Shown in pieces: positions 1 through 14,778 of a stretch of DNA of 64,000 nucleotides. The position numbers were made by a program, and so were the translations under genes. Numbering within the stretch: the stretch's first letter is position 1; each line of letters begins with the position of its first letter. Source of the stretch: Lama guanicoe (Eukaryota); the NCBI GenBank assembly GCA_013239625.1, contig MU053629.1:4739567-4803566 (forward strand), read 5' to 3'. Under the pieces are notes generated by a model that saw only the letters and a program-made list of their open reading frames with translations, searched no databases and was not told where the DNA came from.

Positions 1-59
1 AAGACGGTGTCTCACGGCCCTCCGGACTCCTACAGTTGTTTCCCCATCACTCTTATGCG

Positions 60-192
60 TGCACGTCTTAACCCCCTGAACTGTACACAGATTATTCCAG
101 GATACGGATTAAGAATCAGTCATCCCCAGTGCCAGCCTAGTGCCTTTGACATGGTAGTGTGTCTAGAAAATTTTTGAATGAATGACCCAATA
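60..192 (+). mobile_element. L2 3' end relic
   Basis: cctagtgcctttgacatggtag...ttttgaatgaatga resembles the L2 tail. Confidence 0.5.
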
Positions 193-469
193 AATAAGTA
201 ATAATGCTTGTATTATTTTTATACAGTATTTTATGTCTATGCCCTATTAGTGTCTGAATTAACCACCACATCATTGTCAGGTTCCATTTTCATCTTTAAT
301 TATGAATTAAAGGCAAAAAAGAAGTCCTCAGGTGTATTTTTTTAAGCAAGAGTCCGGCAACTTTTTTCCAGTTGAATAGGTATGCCAGGCTTCTCCATTA
401 TACAAAGCAGGGCTCCGCTAAAAATCTGAACCTCATGAGTTTAAAAAAATAGCTCCTGACCTTTTTAGT

Positions 470-660
470 TTTAAACTTTCTATTGTGACATCATTTTAGA
501 TTCACAGGCCGTTGTAAGAAATAATACAGAGAGATCCCGTGTACCTTTCACTCAGTTTCCCCCAGTGGTAACAGTTCAGAAAGTACAAAATCACAACCAG
601 GAAATTGACAGCGATCCCATCCACAGAAGTCATTCAGATGCTACCAGTTTTACGTGCACT
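470..660 (-). mobile_element. Old L1M 3' UTR fragment
   Basis: tagattcacagg...tacagagagatcccgtgtacctttcactcagtttccccc...aaccaggaaattgaca resembles the antisense L1MB-ME 3' end. Confidence 0.6.
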
Positions 661-977
661 GATGCACGTGTCTGTGTGTGTGCACTCACATGCATGCATG
701 CACACAGGCATTAATGACACAGATCCCTTCAAAGCGAAGAAACATGGTTTACAAAAAAAAAACCTGTGTCTTTAAAATAATGATCTCCCTTTTCAGTCGT
801 TTCAAAAGCATTTTTCTCATTTATGGTTTCTATATTTGGAGTATCCAACTTACCTGCCCGCACTGAAGATCACAAAGTGTGCTAGTAAGTACCCTTGCCC
901 TGCATGTGAACTAGCAGCCACTGTGGTTGAAATTGGTCCTCCTTCTCTCCCGTCCCCTCCCCCACCTCGTTGCAAGT

Positions 978-1019
978 ACACACACACACACACACACACA
1001 CTCTCACACACATGCACAC
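978..1019. repeat. (CA)n microsatellite
   Basis: About 12 pure CA units followed by a degenerate tail. Confidence 0.9.
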
Positions 1020-4000
1020 TTCCAGATTTTCTGCGGCTTACCTTTTTTTAATGCCTGAGTACCTCGCTGACAAGTGCTAATAACAAAACACCCAGAGAGC
1101 GTCCGGCTGAAGTTAGCATACATTAAACATTCTGAACTTGTCCTTTTGCTCATAGATTGTGCATAATTAATAATTAAATAGCTTCCGTTGTAATGGGTTG
1201 ACCTTCCTGAACTGTTCATTATTCACACAGCAAAGGCATCACTCAGACTTCCTGCGCGCTGTCCTTCTCTGTTCTCCGGCGTGCCACGCTGCAGTTCCAG
1301 TTGAGCAGAAGGGTGGTTCCCGGAAACGTCTGTGACTTGGAGGCTGTCCTCCGTGCTGAGCAGAAATGCTTACTGAGATGGTTTACAGCAGCCCTTTTCA
1401 TGCGTCGGTTGCCTCTCCGTACCAGGATCCAGCCTGTCTCCCTGTAGTGACTCTGAAGTTGATTCAGGACCAGACTCTCACTCAGGTCAAGGCTTTGGGT
1501 TAAGGTCGTGTCCACTGTTCCGTTCTGTACCTCTGTGCTTAGAAGTTCAGCAGGAAAGCATCTCCAGAAAAAGCCCTTGAGATGAAGGCTCGCACCCAGG
1601 GTCTTAAAGGAAGTGATTTTATTGGCAACTTAGGGTCCGTTTCAGCCAGGACTGAGAGTTATTAGTGTAACTGCTTCTCTACTTTGTGTTTACATTTTCG
1701 AAATGTATTTTTTCTTCGTCTGGCCTGAGCCCACATTTCACAGAGAACTTTCTGATAAGTAGCAGCTATGACTTTATGAGATCCTCTGAAACCCTGGGCA
1801 TGGTTCTGTCTTGCTCTAACCCCGCGGTGACTGGCTGCTTTCCGTCCTGGGCACCCTGGAGATGCTGGGGCAGCTGTACTGTGAGCCTCTCTCCCTCCTT
1901 CGCACAGATTGGAATTAGACCACAGAGTAAGTGGGTTCTTGGAGGTTCTTTACGTCCTGATCGAAACTAACTGCTAATTTTACTTGCTTAAAAATGAGAA
2001 AAGTGTACTTAAAAATCCTCTAGTGTGGTGAACCCTGTCGGGTCTGTTCATTTGCCTTCTCTGGGATGTTAACTGCCTGCGTGCTTATTTTTTGTGGCGT
2101 TGGAGGCTCTCAGAGGACTCCTTTGCTCCCATGTTTGTGGTGTTCTGACCCCTGCCCCACTAGTCAGAATTCTGTATCTCAGAAAATTCTCCTCTGAGAT
2201 ACACAAGAGACATGGATTTTAAAATGAAAAGAAATACCTGGCGGTGTGCACGTGAGATTAGAATTTCCCCCCGCGTCTTTGATGACTGATTCTTCCCAGG
2301 CACCACTGAGATGAGAATCTACTCTCTGTGGTTCTGCAAAGTCGACTTGAGCTGGCATTTTCACAAGTGAAATAAATTATTCATGGGTACCACCCAGTGT
2401 TCCTTAGCTTCGTATTATGAGGAACTTAACAGGCTACAATATCAGGTCTTAAATAAAATTAACTACCCATGCAAAGATGTCACAGTTTCCTCGTTTTGTT
2501 TCTCACCCATATTAAAATGACGTCTTCATCAAGTTGCCTGGTCAATAATTCATTGATTCACTCCTGGTATCATACTTTGAAAGGAGGCCCACACTGGCAT
2601 CACGTTTTATATCAGGATCTTTGTAGAAAACCAATCTAGAATTTTAACCATCTTGGTAAATATGCAGCCACATAAAGACAGTAGGCTTTTTTCCCCCCTA
2701 AGCATTCCTTGTAAAGCAACTGTTACACATACACTTCCAGTACTTACAGCCGCCTAAACATTTTCAGAAAGGAATGATTTAGAGAACTACCTACCTGACC
2801 AGAGTCCATAATTTTTGTACTTCAGACTTTGAACTCTCTTTTTACTCATGGTGTGAGAGACAGTAAAATGTCATTTCTTGAACTGGGCCTTGTAGAATCT
2901 TGCAGGCTTGGTGATATATATGGCTTTTCTAAAACAGACCGGGCTGAAATTGATTTCATGTTTTATTTTTGCTCTTCAAACTGATCGGACTTCTGTGACC
3001 ATTTTATAGCACCTTTATTGAGGGCTTGTCATGTTTCTGCGTGCCTGGTTTCTTTTGAGCAGACCATTTCATCAGCCCCCCCATTTTTCATGTCCTGTCT
3101 ATGTAATGCCTGCATGTACTCCTTTGAACTTGGCAGGATTTTACTTCACTCCCATTTTCCTTTGTTTTCTTTTCCTTTCCTCTTGGAAGCCTTTCCCTAC
3201 TGATGAGAATTTTAAGTTTAGCTTCACTAACCTTCCCCTCTTCTGGATGAACAGAGTAAATTCAAAGGGGACAGATACGCAAAAACTCAGAAACATTTGG
3301 CTCACATCCCTTTTCTTTTAACCTCTTTGGGGTTTTATTTATTTCTCTTTTTTTAGCTGCTTTGACCCCCTCAGTTCCTTTTGATTTAATTGTATTTTCC
3401 AGCAGTTTCCAATTGTTTGAATTGAAAACGAAGCCTTAATAAGAGTTCTAGTTAATTTTCTGTCTTGTAATTACCGATCTCATTTTTCTGATAATTGGCC
3501 ACAGCAATTATATGTATATTTACTAATCACATAGGAGGCTGTGCAGTTGTATCTGTGTGCCACCATTGATAATGACATGCACATTGCAAAGGTACTTTTA
3601 TCATCTTCTTTTTTCCACTACATCAAAGCCATTTCCTCTCGTTCTCAATAATGAATACATGCATGCATTTGACACAGTTGTGTGCTGGAGAAATTGTTTG
3701 GCTCCCGCCAAATGCTGCATGCTCTGAGTTTCTTGCCTGCAGCGCTGGAAGGTTGTATGTAATGATATATTGCTCATCCAAATGGCCAAAGCACTCCAAA
3801 GCACAGTGAGATTAAAATAAGTCATTCCTTTGTTAATTTAAATAGGTGCATGTATCATACTTTGCAGGGCACTTTGTGTAGGGATGTCAGGGAGGAAAAA
3901 AAAGCCGCCGAAAGGTATTTTTAATAGCAAATGAGAATAGATGAGAATGGAGTCATTTGCAGCTGCCTACTTTATGTGGCTCTCTTGTTCCAACTGTAGG

Positions 4001-4909
4001 TCTAATGAGATGACTGTTAAAGTACTCTGCAGTGTAATTTCATTACATCCTGAGCCGTTACACTATAAACACAGTGGCGCTCTCTGTCATTCTTGGAAAA
4101 ACTCCTAAATTCGTAAAGCCTTCCTTTGCAAACGGTAATGGGGTTTGCTCCCTGTGTTACGTGGCAGTTGTCGTTTGTTGCTGTGTAGTGTTCTGCTCTT
4201 TTGAGTGACTCCCACCTCCACCCTAGTCCTGGAGGTGGTCAAGGTGGGAGTTTTTCATTGTGTCCTTAGTCCACTGGCTTTCTCATGAGTTTGCCCAGAC
4301 TGGCAAATAAGGCTGAAATTCCTTTTCAGGAAACAGCCTCTGGTATAAACAAGCTTTTCTTTTACAGTGGGGAGGGGGGAAAAAGACCAAAAGCCTCTGA
4401 CCAACGTGATCCAGTTAGGGGCAAGCAGTTAAGAACAATTGAATATACAAATAAACGTAAATAAAAAAGAAAGTGTAAATAAATTGCAAATCCAGTAAAA
4501 GAAACAAAGGTCAACCCAAGAATAATTTCACAGCTCTTTGTTAATTACAAGACCATTTGCGTGTTACTTAAATAATCATTAATTTCTCATTTACACTTCC
4601 GTACCTTCTTTCCTGCCCTGTGGCTATCATTGTCCTTTTTTCACCTCCCTTCCCTCCTTGCCTCATGTTTCTCACCATTGTGAAATGTGTGTGGCTTTAA
4701 ATCTGGCATTTTTACATAAACATGTGAAAGAGGGTGTAGACAGTCTCTTTAATTGGATAAGGACCCGTCTTCCTTTGCACATGGTGGCGAGTCCTTGTCG
4801 TTTATTCATCTTTATACGCTCCTTTGGGATGGGGGTGGTGGGTAGGGGGTAATAAAGGAAGAACGGGAATTGTTGTGACTTTTGGTGACTTGTTTTTCCT
4901 CCATCCCAG

Positions 4910-4971
4910 GATTCGCCCGTCCTTCCGGTTGGAGAGTTCTCCGAGCCATTTGTACATTTCATCACTCAGTG
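4910..4971 (+). CDS. MAP2K5: MAP2K5 (MEK5) third-to-last coding exon, 62 bp, DSPVLPVGEFSEPFVHFITQ(C)
   Basis: Acceptor tgtttttcctccatcccAG, donor TG|GTGAGC. Translation matches the MEK5 kinase C-lobe as recalled. Phase-2 end joins the next exon (TG+C = Cys). Confidence 0.96.
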
Positions 4972-7846
4972 GTGAGCCCGTTTGCAAACATGCCATGCCC
5001 TCAATGTAAATGATACATGCCATTAACTCGGCGGCTCCAGGAGACCTTATGGCTCTCGCTGCTTCCTTTTGGAGACGGGAGGGACTTCGGGGCCTTGGGC
5101 AGATGGGGCAGCAAAGCTGAAGAAATTGTTTAGATTATGTAAACGTTATTTACACAAAGAGTCCTAAGCATACTTTAGAGGCTTTTCCCTGTTTTGATAA
5201 ACTGCTGACAGTCAGGCTACTTCATTTGAGCACTGATACCGTTGCTATCCTAATTTTGTTTTTAAAGAAACACACAGTTTGGTAGCCCCTCTTGAACAGA
5301 CATATGAAGCTTGTTTTTATTAATGCAACCTCAAGTTACCCATAAAACTGTCTGTCACTTACTTAGCGGAGGCAGCACAGTTTATTCATTCATCGGATTT
5401 TCAGTAAATAAGTTTTATCTTTGGTTGTGATTTAGATACAACACCGGTGTCCCATTTCAGTGAATTTTGATGTTTGAATGACTATGAAAACACGATTCCG
5501 TTAGGCCCACTGTACCCATTCTAAGAACAGAGGGGAACCACAGGATTTAAATCAAAGGGGCCCTCAGAGCCTCGGGGCAGCCCCTTGTCGTTTTACACCT
5601 GAGGAAACAGGCATTTTCCTGCCAAGGGCTCTTTGCCAGCCTTCTTCCCTTTTCCTCTCAGTAGAACAGGGTTTTCCCTTTTTGTCCCTTTCACACCATC
5701 CTCCGCTCCCCTGTTTGGCAGCACCCATGTGGCCTTGGAAGGCCTAGTTACAACACTGCCCTCCTTCTGTCCCCTCCCTCACCCCACCGTGGTGACAGAG
5801 AGAAAGAGAAAAGGAAATTGGCATAGAAGTGACCACCCAAAGCAGGAGACAGGGCTAAGAAGAAACTGTTCTGGACATCCTGGAACTCCTTCATAACCAC
5901 CTTTCCTTCCCTTCCCCTCCTTCACCAAAGCCCGCGTTTCATCACCCCTTCGGAGTCACGTCCACAAGTGGGAAGCGAGCCCTCCGTTCTGCGCTGCCGC
6001 AGAGCGGCGCTGGCAGGAGTCCTTGCTGATCCCAAACGGGCGTGCGCCGGCCCCTTCCCCTCCCCCCCACCAGCCGTCTGATGATGACGCTAAAGTGAAA
6101 CCAAGAAATATTCCTTAATATAAATGTCAAGCTTTATCACCTTTTTGAGTAAGTGGAATATGTTACCTCTTCATAAAAATGTCTCATGTGGTTTTCATTC
6201 CGTAGAAAAATACGTGGGGAAGAGATCGTTCCCCCTGACTTCTAAATTTTATTAACACTGTCTCTATTTATTTAAAAGACTTATATAATATTCTGTAGCT
6301 TTAAAAAACTATTTTACCTTGCGGACATTTTATTTCCAAAACACGCCATGTTGGAAAAAAGCCATACATAGTGATTAAACCCCAGAATTCTAACCTCATT
6401 AATCCTGGAGTCGTTATCTAGAAATATGTATTAATCTCTTAATTTCCTTTACATGGAATTCGTAGAAACACTCAGAAGCACATGACAGGAATGTCCCATT
6501 CTGAAACGCAGAAACTGAAAAACAAACGAGGCCAATTCCTAAGCTGTCTGGAGCGCTGGGTTTGGAGCATCACCCGCTCCGAGATGTTGGATTTGTGACG
6601 TGGCCACCATGCTGATCTCGCTCTGTGGTCTGAGACCAACCTGGGCAGACAGGGAGAAAAGCAGAGAAGGCTTTGGCTGCCTTCTGTCCAAAAAATTAAT
6701 CAGCTGTTGTATAAAAGTTTTATGAAGACAGAGGGAGGGATAACCTGTGTTGAAATTTCCACAGATGTCAAGCTGAAACAGAAATGATAGTGGGTAATAG
6801 GCGTGTTTTCCCAAGAGATGCAGCTACTTTGGAATGTCAGATTAGGACTGTTACCAACTGCACTGGCGAGACAGCTTGAATTACTTGCTAATGGCTGCAG
6901 TATTTGAGAGGTACATATGGTTATTTATAGGGAAAGCAAATGTCCTCGATGTCATTAATGGTTCATAACTATGGTGCTTGTTTACCAAATGATCGTTGCA
7001 TCTCTCTGCTTAAAAAAACACTGTCAGCAAATGCAGAGATTATGTGGAGGGTTCTCTTCTTGCTTGTTTGAGGTTGCCTTATATAAAGAAAAAGTGTCAG
7101 TGTGATTTTCCCAGTAATAGAAGCAGCAGTCTCTTTCCATGACTTCATCCCACAGACACTCTTGAGTTTGGTGTAAATCGGTCATCAAGTAGGCAGCTTA
7201 CCCATGGTCACCCCGGTCCCACGAGTGGGTGCTCCGTCACGTAGCTAAGTACCTGCTACAGCTACTAATTATACCTTTGCATGAGGAATGTGATTCTTTA
7301 AGCAGCTTAAACAAACTTAACTGTCCCACAGCTGTTTAATCAATTATCAACTTGTAGCCAAAATAAAAGTCCAGATAATGTAATAACCCATTTGTCATTT
7401 TGTAGCATTGTCTGGACTCCTGACCTCTTCTGTATATTGTCATTTGGAGTAATAGTGAAGGAATGAGATGTTTTCTCATTTGACCTGATAGGCATGTTTC
7501 TTTTATTGTCTTATCCCAGCTACCCAAATAAAAGAAGTATATTGTTCCCTAGATTTGTTTGAAATAAATTGCTGACTGAGTCAGGAAGAGAATATTGCTG
7601 CTTTTTTTATTGCAAGAGTAACTCAAAAAAAAAAAAAAACTTTGTGTTTTTGATTCTTGCGATTCCCCCAAAATCTAATTAATTTAAATCCAAAGCAAAA
7701 GAAAGGAAACATATGCTAATGCTTTGGTCAGGAATTGACACACGATAAATTCTGAAAACATTCAAATTCCAGGGAAAGTAGTCAATGGTGAAAATTATGG
7801 CACAGTTTTACAAGTGATACAGTTAATATGCGTTTTTCTCTTACAG

Positions 7847-7892
7847 CATGCGGAAACAGCCAAAAGAAAGGCCAGCGCCTGAAGAATTGATG
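7847..7892 (+). CDS. MAP2K5: MAP2K5 penultimate coding exon, 46 bp, (C)MRKQPKERPAPEELM
   Basis: Acceptor tttttctcttacAG, donor ATG|GTGAGT. Kinase subdomain XI motif (ERP). Phases match both neighbouring exons. Confidence 0.96.
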
Positions 7893-10800
7893 GTGAGTAG
7901 ACTTTTTTAGTTACTTTAGAATTCTCCAGTTACATATCCGTGCTTAACATTCTGTTGAAAGAACCAGATGGGATTTAAAGCATCCGCAGACTCTGGAAAG
8001 CCAGTGTCGCTGACTTCATTTGGGTGGGAGCTTCCAAAGCTCACGTCCTTCGACCGTGGTTTTTCATTTTGTAGAAACCTACTGCCGCTTTGAAACTTCA
8101 CGGAGAATTCTTCTCCTTTGCCTCCCACTCAAGGGTCCGAAGGTCGTTTAGGTTAGTCCTTGTCCTCATTTGCTATCGCAGCCTCTCAGAATTCGGAGGG
8201 TTGGTCACAAAGAAGACAGGCAGCATACTAAGTTTTTAGTGCAGTCCTACCAGAAATTCTGAGTCCTCTTGGGTTCATGGAGAATGAAATCAGATTGGCT
8301 GCAAAAGATCAAGTTAATGTGAATCTTTGGTCTTTGCTCAGAAAGACGCAACTGCAAGGCTGTGAGGGCTGTGTTCTCAGCTCCAAGGCTGCTTTCTCTT
8401 ATTGCAAATGACAGTTTTTAGTCAAGCAGGAAGAGGAGCAGAGACGCTCCCTGACAATTCCCAAGCGGTCATTTATTTAGTGCAGATTGTTGATCTGACA
8501 ACCCACAAGCTGTTAGGATAACATTAGCATTGAGCATTAGTAAATAATAATTATAATCTGCTCTTTCTAATGTTTTGCGTACCATTCCCTGTCTTTACAT
8601 ATTTCAGTCAGAGCAAATTCTTGCTCGTTTTCTCTCGCCACTTAAAATAATAAGCATTTCAAGATACTGGTCCAGAGGGTCTCAGCTTTTGTATTTCATC
8701 CTAGTAAATACTGTAAACGCCCACACTTCTGTATAACGCAGATTTCACCCCCAAATATAAAATAACTGTGCAGTTCCCTTTTGCATCGTAAGTGCTCTCT
8801 AGGAAAGTAGTTTCCTGTTTCATGTTACCCCTGGAGCAAAATCTCAGTTTTCAGGGTAGTTTCAAGTTAAAGTTCACCCCTAAAACCTCTGCAATTTATA
8901 ACTGTGCAGGTTTCATGTCTAGAATAAACTGGTCTTCTTTAGGGGGGGCGGTTTTCTGTGATGGTTGGGAAATTCGTGCAGTTAGTCACATTTGAGAAAA
9001 CTTGGAACAGGTTCTAGAGATGGAGACCCATTTACCTTGTACATTATTATGCTATGGCTGGATAGCTTAGCTATTAAAACAAAGGAATAGGGTTTCATAA
9101 AACAGATATCTGTTTGTAAATGCATGTTTCAGCGCTGCAATGAGTTGGCCACTTATAAATAAAACATCTGCTGATCATACATACACTCATAAATGCGGGC
9201 GGATGTATGGGTTGGTAAGGAGCTCCACTCCAGGGTGGCAAGTCATAAAGGCTCAAGGGTGGGTACTTTCAGTGCTTCAGCAGCAAGTGTACGTGGAGGG
9301 CTGTGCGTATGGAGAGAGACGCGGAGTGAATGTTTCGATATATCTCTTTACAACTATGCACCCTGGTGTGTGTGGTCCCACATTTTTAATTAATAAATAT
9401 CAATAAATCAATAAAATACAATGAAAAATTTAGTCACAGGAAGCACTAGCCTATACTTAATTTAACATTATTTCTACTACTGCTCACAGTTTGATTGAAA
9501 TGAATTTCTTCCCCTAGGTATAGCAATAGTGAGCCACCCCCTGGAGAGGCAGGAAACAGTGGAGTGTGCATGCGGCTCCGGTGGTCAAGGGGCTTGAGCG
9601 CGGCCTGCCTTTGACTGAAACATTAGGCCCAATAAAGGATGGGAAAGACAGCGGCTTGTCTCTGGCTCGAGGAACCTGAGTCACATCCCAGGGACCCAGT
9701 CTTAAGGAACCAGTCTCTTTATTCCTTCCAGCATATTAATGGCTTTAATTTTTCCCTTCCCATCTCTGCCTACAACCTATTCGATGGCGCTCCCATCTGG
9801 AAGCTGAGAGCGTCCTCTGGAATGCATGCGAGTAGAGTCCATTTGTCACTGTGGGTGGGGGCCTGCCCTTCACAAAGAGAGCAGTTCATCTCCGAAGCGC
9901 AGTGACTCTGGCCAGCGGGGTACCAATGCGTTCTTCACAGCTCGGGCCACATCAGCTGTGAGGCCTGCAGCATCGTTGAGATTCCCCCATGCGCCTACAT
10001 TTTCCCAAATCAAAGGAAGGCCCGTCAGAGATGAGGTCAGGTGGAAATACTGAAAGTTACAGATTCACCATCAGGGAACTCTCAAATGAACTCAGGTGTG
10101 GTCCTGACCACCAGTGAACCCAGCAAATCCCAGCGTAAGTTAAAGCAGAATGCAGGGAGTACTGTGCCAGATCGCCCTTACCTCTGGGCCTTGGCCATGC
10201 ACACAGCAGACACGCAAGTGGTTTTTGTCTTTTTACTTGGTGGGGCCACCCTAAGAATACCCCGGGTCTTAAAATCTTCATCTTTTGCAATTGTTGACCA
10301 CATCACTCTTAAAGATGAAATGTCAAACTCAAGTTTGGATTCTTGAGGTCATTAACATCCTTGTGTAGAATTCATTTTGTTGGTTTAGCTATTCAATTCT
10401 CTCTACTTTGCATGGCTCTTCCTAAGATGACTACAGTTTTCCTGTTCTAAGTGGAAGTGTTTAAAAGTTGGATGGAGAAATTTCCTTACCGCCCACATTT
10501 GGGGGAAGCCAGGTACAGTTCTCTGGCCTGTAGCCATTAAGCTGTGTAAAGAATTCACCCAAAAATTTCATCCTCGGCATGCATGTCATCTTAGGAGATC
10601 TCAGAACTGAATTCGGTTGATATTCTAGGCTGTTGCACACAAAGTCCTGTGCTAGACTCGGCAGAAGATACAGAGAAAAGTAAGCCGCGTGCACACAGGG
10701 TTGCAGGGGATCAGGCAAGTCCAGATGTAACTCGAACAAAGTAACTGCTATCAAAGGACTGCCAGTTCTGTGGGAATCCATGTGGGGGAACATGGAAAAG

Positions 10801-13800
10801 CAACGTGGAGAAGGCATTTGAAAAGGGCCATTGGAGGATGGATGGAATTTTAATAGAGAGTTCTCAAAGGGTCATTCCAGGCAAAAAAAAAAAAAGACAG
10901 GATGGGCCAAGCATGAGCGTGTCGAGTCCCCAGACACTTCAGAAACAAGAGGGGAGAGGACGATGATGCGAAAGCGGGAGGGAAAGATCGCCCAAATGTC
11001 AATAATCAGATTGAGGGAAGCAAAAAACTAAGAATCAGACCCCTGCACTCAGGGACCGACGTAACCTGAGAGGAGGGCACAGTGATGGAGAGGATTGCGT
11101 CTGCTTCTGCTATTCGCATTATATGTTCACATATTTTTTGATAAAAGGGACCTGGTGAGAAACCTTATTGTATAGACTGTTGGCTTGTGTAAACCGCAGA
11201 GAACGCCTTCTGCTGAATTAATCTTCCTTTCGGGTTCCTTTGTACCAAAGGCCAGGCAGATTTATCAGGGCAAGCCCCCTGCTTCCGTCCCTTGTCAGCA
11301 GCTCCCCAGTCCCTCCCCACTTCTGTGTCTTCATCTGCAAAATGAAGGGATGGACCAGACCAGCAGTCCTTGGCCGAGGCTCCTGGACTCCAGCAAGTCC
11401 GTGAGTGCTCCTGAAGTTACACCCCAAGTCGTGTATTGCACGTGGGGATTTGCATCTTTTAAGCATTTTTTTAAATGGGGGTCATCAGTTTTTTCAAAGG
11501 AGCCCATGACCCTAAGTGATTGTGCAGCTCCCTCACTGCCTTCCCACCTCTGACAGTTGGACCTATGCGGCCAGGACCGGGCCAGCAGCTCAGGAGGGAG
11601 GCAGGCATCACTCGGAAGGTACTTGCTTGGCGTGGGGGTGGAGAGGGAAGGGGCGGGCCCTCCCCACGGGGCTTCCTGCCAGCTGTCAGGCAGCCCTTTA
11701 ACCTCTCAGCCTCTCCTGAACCTGGGCCTCGCCTGGATCAGGGAGGGTGTGGGCTGCGGGCACCTATGCTGTGACAATCTGGGTTCCGAGTGCTGTAGAT
11801 CCCTCTATGCATTTAGAATGCTTCCAGAAGGTTTCCATGTCTAAGCTCTATTTAATGGAATCTATGCATAGTAAGTAATCAGGTCAGAGGAAGCAGCATC
11901 CTGCTTTGAGATCAATCGCTGGCTAATACTTTGTCGGGGCCACTGTATTATCTCCTGCTGATCCGATTGCCATTCTCCTCTCCCTTTGTACCACGCGCCT
12001 CGGTTGTGGTAAAAGTACGTATCGCATACATATTAAAAACATATACCCATTCTATCTGTATGTAAATGCGTGAGGCACAGCTGGATATTGCAGAGCAGTT
12101 TGATTTACTAATAGTTATTATCTGTTCAGTGGCAGAGAGAATTTCAGAGAAACAAGCTGGCGCAGAAATTGTCTTTATGCTATTACTACACCGCTTTCGT
12201 AATTGTTTAAAAACATGGGTTTTCTCCGTAGGTTCTAATAATGCCTGTGATTTTGCGCGTTGCCTTGTGTATTCCAGAGCAGGGCGTCCTCGCTTAGCAT
12301 CTCCTCGGCTTTGGTTTTCGATTCCGGGGCCTAAGAAGAAACACAGAGCGCAGTTTGCAATTCAAATCTGACATTTTGCTTAGAAAGCAAGTACACAGTG
12401 GGCTGGCAGTGCAGGAGAAGCAGGTGTGGGTCTTGGCGGAGGGGTGTCAGTTACAATCAAAATAGTGCTTTTAGATTTTTTTTTTCCCCTTCGTCTAAAT
12501 CCCAGCAGCTGCAAACTTGAAGGCATCTCATTTCTCAGAGAAGGCTTTATGTGTTGGAGGTGGTATTGTTTGGCGGCTAATAAACACCAAACTGCTCCAG
12601 AAAAATCTGTTTAAACATTTAATTACTTGCAAAGAGATGTTAACTTGTTTAACTCCTCTAAATTAAATTGTCACCACTAGCTTTTCTTCTTATCCAAACC
12701 TGATTGTAATTACATTTTCAGATAGGTTGGTTGGCCGTTCTCGAAGTTAATCAAGGTAACTGTGTGATAAATTGGGGGCCTTTCAAAAATCGGGAGAACC
12801 GCCATGTTAAAATTTGTGTCTCTCCAGCAGTCAAATTCCAGTGTGACTTTGGGGTGTACACCAGATGGCTTTGTCCACTGTTAGGGGATCCAAACATTCT
12901 GACCACTGTGAAAGACAAAGTGCACTGGACAGTCAAGGATGTGCTGTTACTCAGGCCACTGCAACAGGGGAGTGAGGAGCGTCTCAGAGCAGAGGGTGGG
13001 GGCCAAGTTCATGGAGGCAGGTGAACAAGGCAGTCACCAGCCAGCCTGACGAAAGTCGTGAGGAAGGAGGGAACGGGGCCTCGCGTCACGTTTGTAGCCA
13101 GCCGGAGAATGGGGAGATTTCTCACCTGTTATTGTTCTCTGGGAGCACGGGGCTCAGATAAAGTCCAGCCTTATCACCACATGCTACTCAGTGGACCAAA
13201 AGATGAGTCCAAGTTTATTCTGATCCAGGGCTTACATGTGCCCTAAGCACAAATAGGAGGAAGGACACATTTCCACAGCCCCCTTGCATAGTGCTCGTGG
13301 ACCACTGTGCCTGCTTTCTAAGCCTTTAAAAATACTGATGATGGTTTAATAAGCTCTTCTGAACTTGGCTGTGGTGTATCGTGTTTAGCTGTTCGGCCTG
13401 CATCAGAGGGAGCATTTCTAAAGCAGAGCGTCAGGGCCAGACTTAGGTCTGTGTGTCTGGCTGCCGGTTCTTGCAAGCATCACTAATGCTTTGGCTGTTC
13501 GTTTGGAGAGGCGCATCAGATCATTGGCTGAGGCACCCGGAATTTGCCCTAACTCAAACTGTAACTGTCACTCAGTAGTTCCGTCAGGTCCAGAAGGCTT
13601 CCCAGAAGCCCAGGGCCTCCACCTAGAGCGTCCAGTTGACAACCATGTAATGATTTCTTTTTTCAAGTTCTAAAGGCCATTAAAATCATCTGTTTGTGTC
13701 TGCTTATAAATAGGAATCCACTGGTACGAAGTTGACTTTAGCTTTTAATTGCACATAATTACAACAGCAGAATCACTGTCTGAATGCTTGAGATCGCACT

Positions 13801-14582
13801 AAATCAGACAGCTCTAATTTGATTTTTTGATGACACGTTAGCACTTCAGCAAGAACAGAGAGATTATAACCCCGAAAAACAAGCTTTGTTTTCCCATAGA
13901 CGTGACTGCTTAATCTTTTCACAGGACTTCAGCAGATGAATATATGTGTGTGTTTATATACATGCACAGAGCAGGAGAGATACAGATAGATAAAATCTGT
14001 CATTCCTTGATCACGGCGATCTGACAGTTTTAATTTCCCGGTTAGGGATAACTTTTTTCCTCTATCAGTCAAGTCAGATCTCTTAATATGGTGATGATTT
14101 GCCTGTTTAAGATGGCTGTTTTTTGAACTCCTGCCTGCGATGCTTCTTTCTTGTTTCACTGGACTGACAGCATCAGTCAGCATCACATTTCAAGGCACAA
14201 TGAGGCTGTAGAACCCTGACCGCAGGAGTGGTTTGGTTACCTGGGCTGCAGCGGCGTGGGTCGGCGGGGCCGTTTTCCAGTGTTCGGCCCCGTTCACAGG
14301 TGGCTAAGCTGGGTCTTTGGAGTGTGTGGTACATCCATTCCTTGCTCGGCGCTGCTCGGCTCACAGGGAATTTGTGTTATTCGAGTGTGGCCCCAGCCTC
14401 CAGTGCCCTCCGCTCCGCTGCCCTCGAAGGTCTCCGTCCTCCTCCCTCCCGCTTCTCCCCCTCTTCCCTTCACAATGCTTGCTCCCCTCTCGGAAGCCGT
14501 CCAGAATTTGTCTCTAACTTGAAACAGCACTTAATTCCATAAATTATGCATTCATGGTCAAGTCGTAAGTTGGTCCATGTGG

Positions 14583-14778
14583 CACGGTGGTTCCTAACCC
14601 CAGCAATTCATCAGAATCATCTGAGTGCGTTTAAAAAAAAAAATGCGTGGATCCCAACCCAGATCAACAACCCACTGGCATTTGGGTGAGGGAGCAGGTA
14701 CTTGGGTTTGGTGGTGGTGGTGGTGTTTAAAAGCTCCCCAGGTGATTATAAGGAACAGCCACGGGTGAAACTCACTGG
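14583..14778. mobile_element. MER5A-like hAT-Charlie MITE with internal (TGG)n
   Basis: Ends cacggtggttcctaa and gtgaaactcactgg resemble MER5 terminal inverted repeats. Internal catcagaatcatctg and aaagctccccaggtgatt. Confidence 0.7.
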
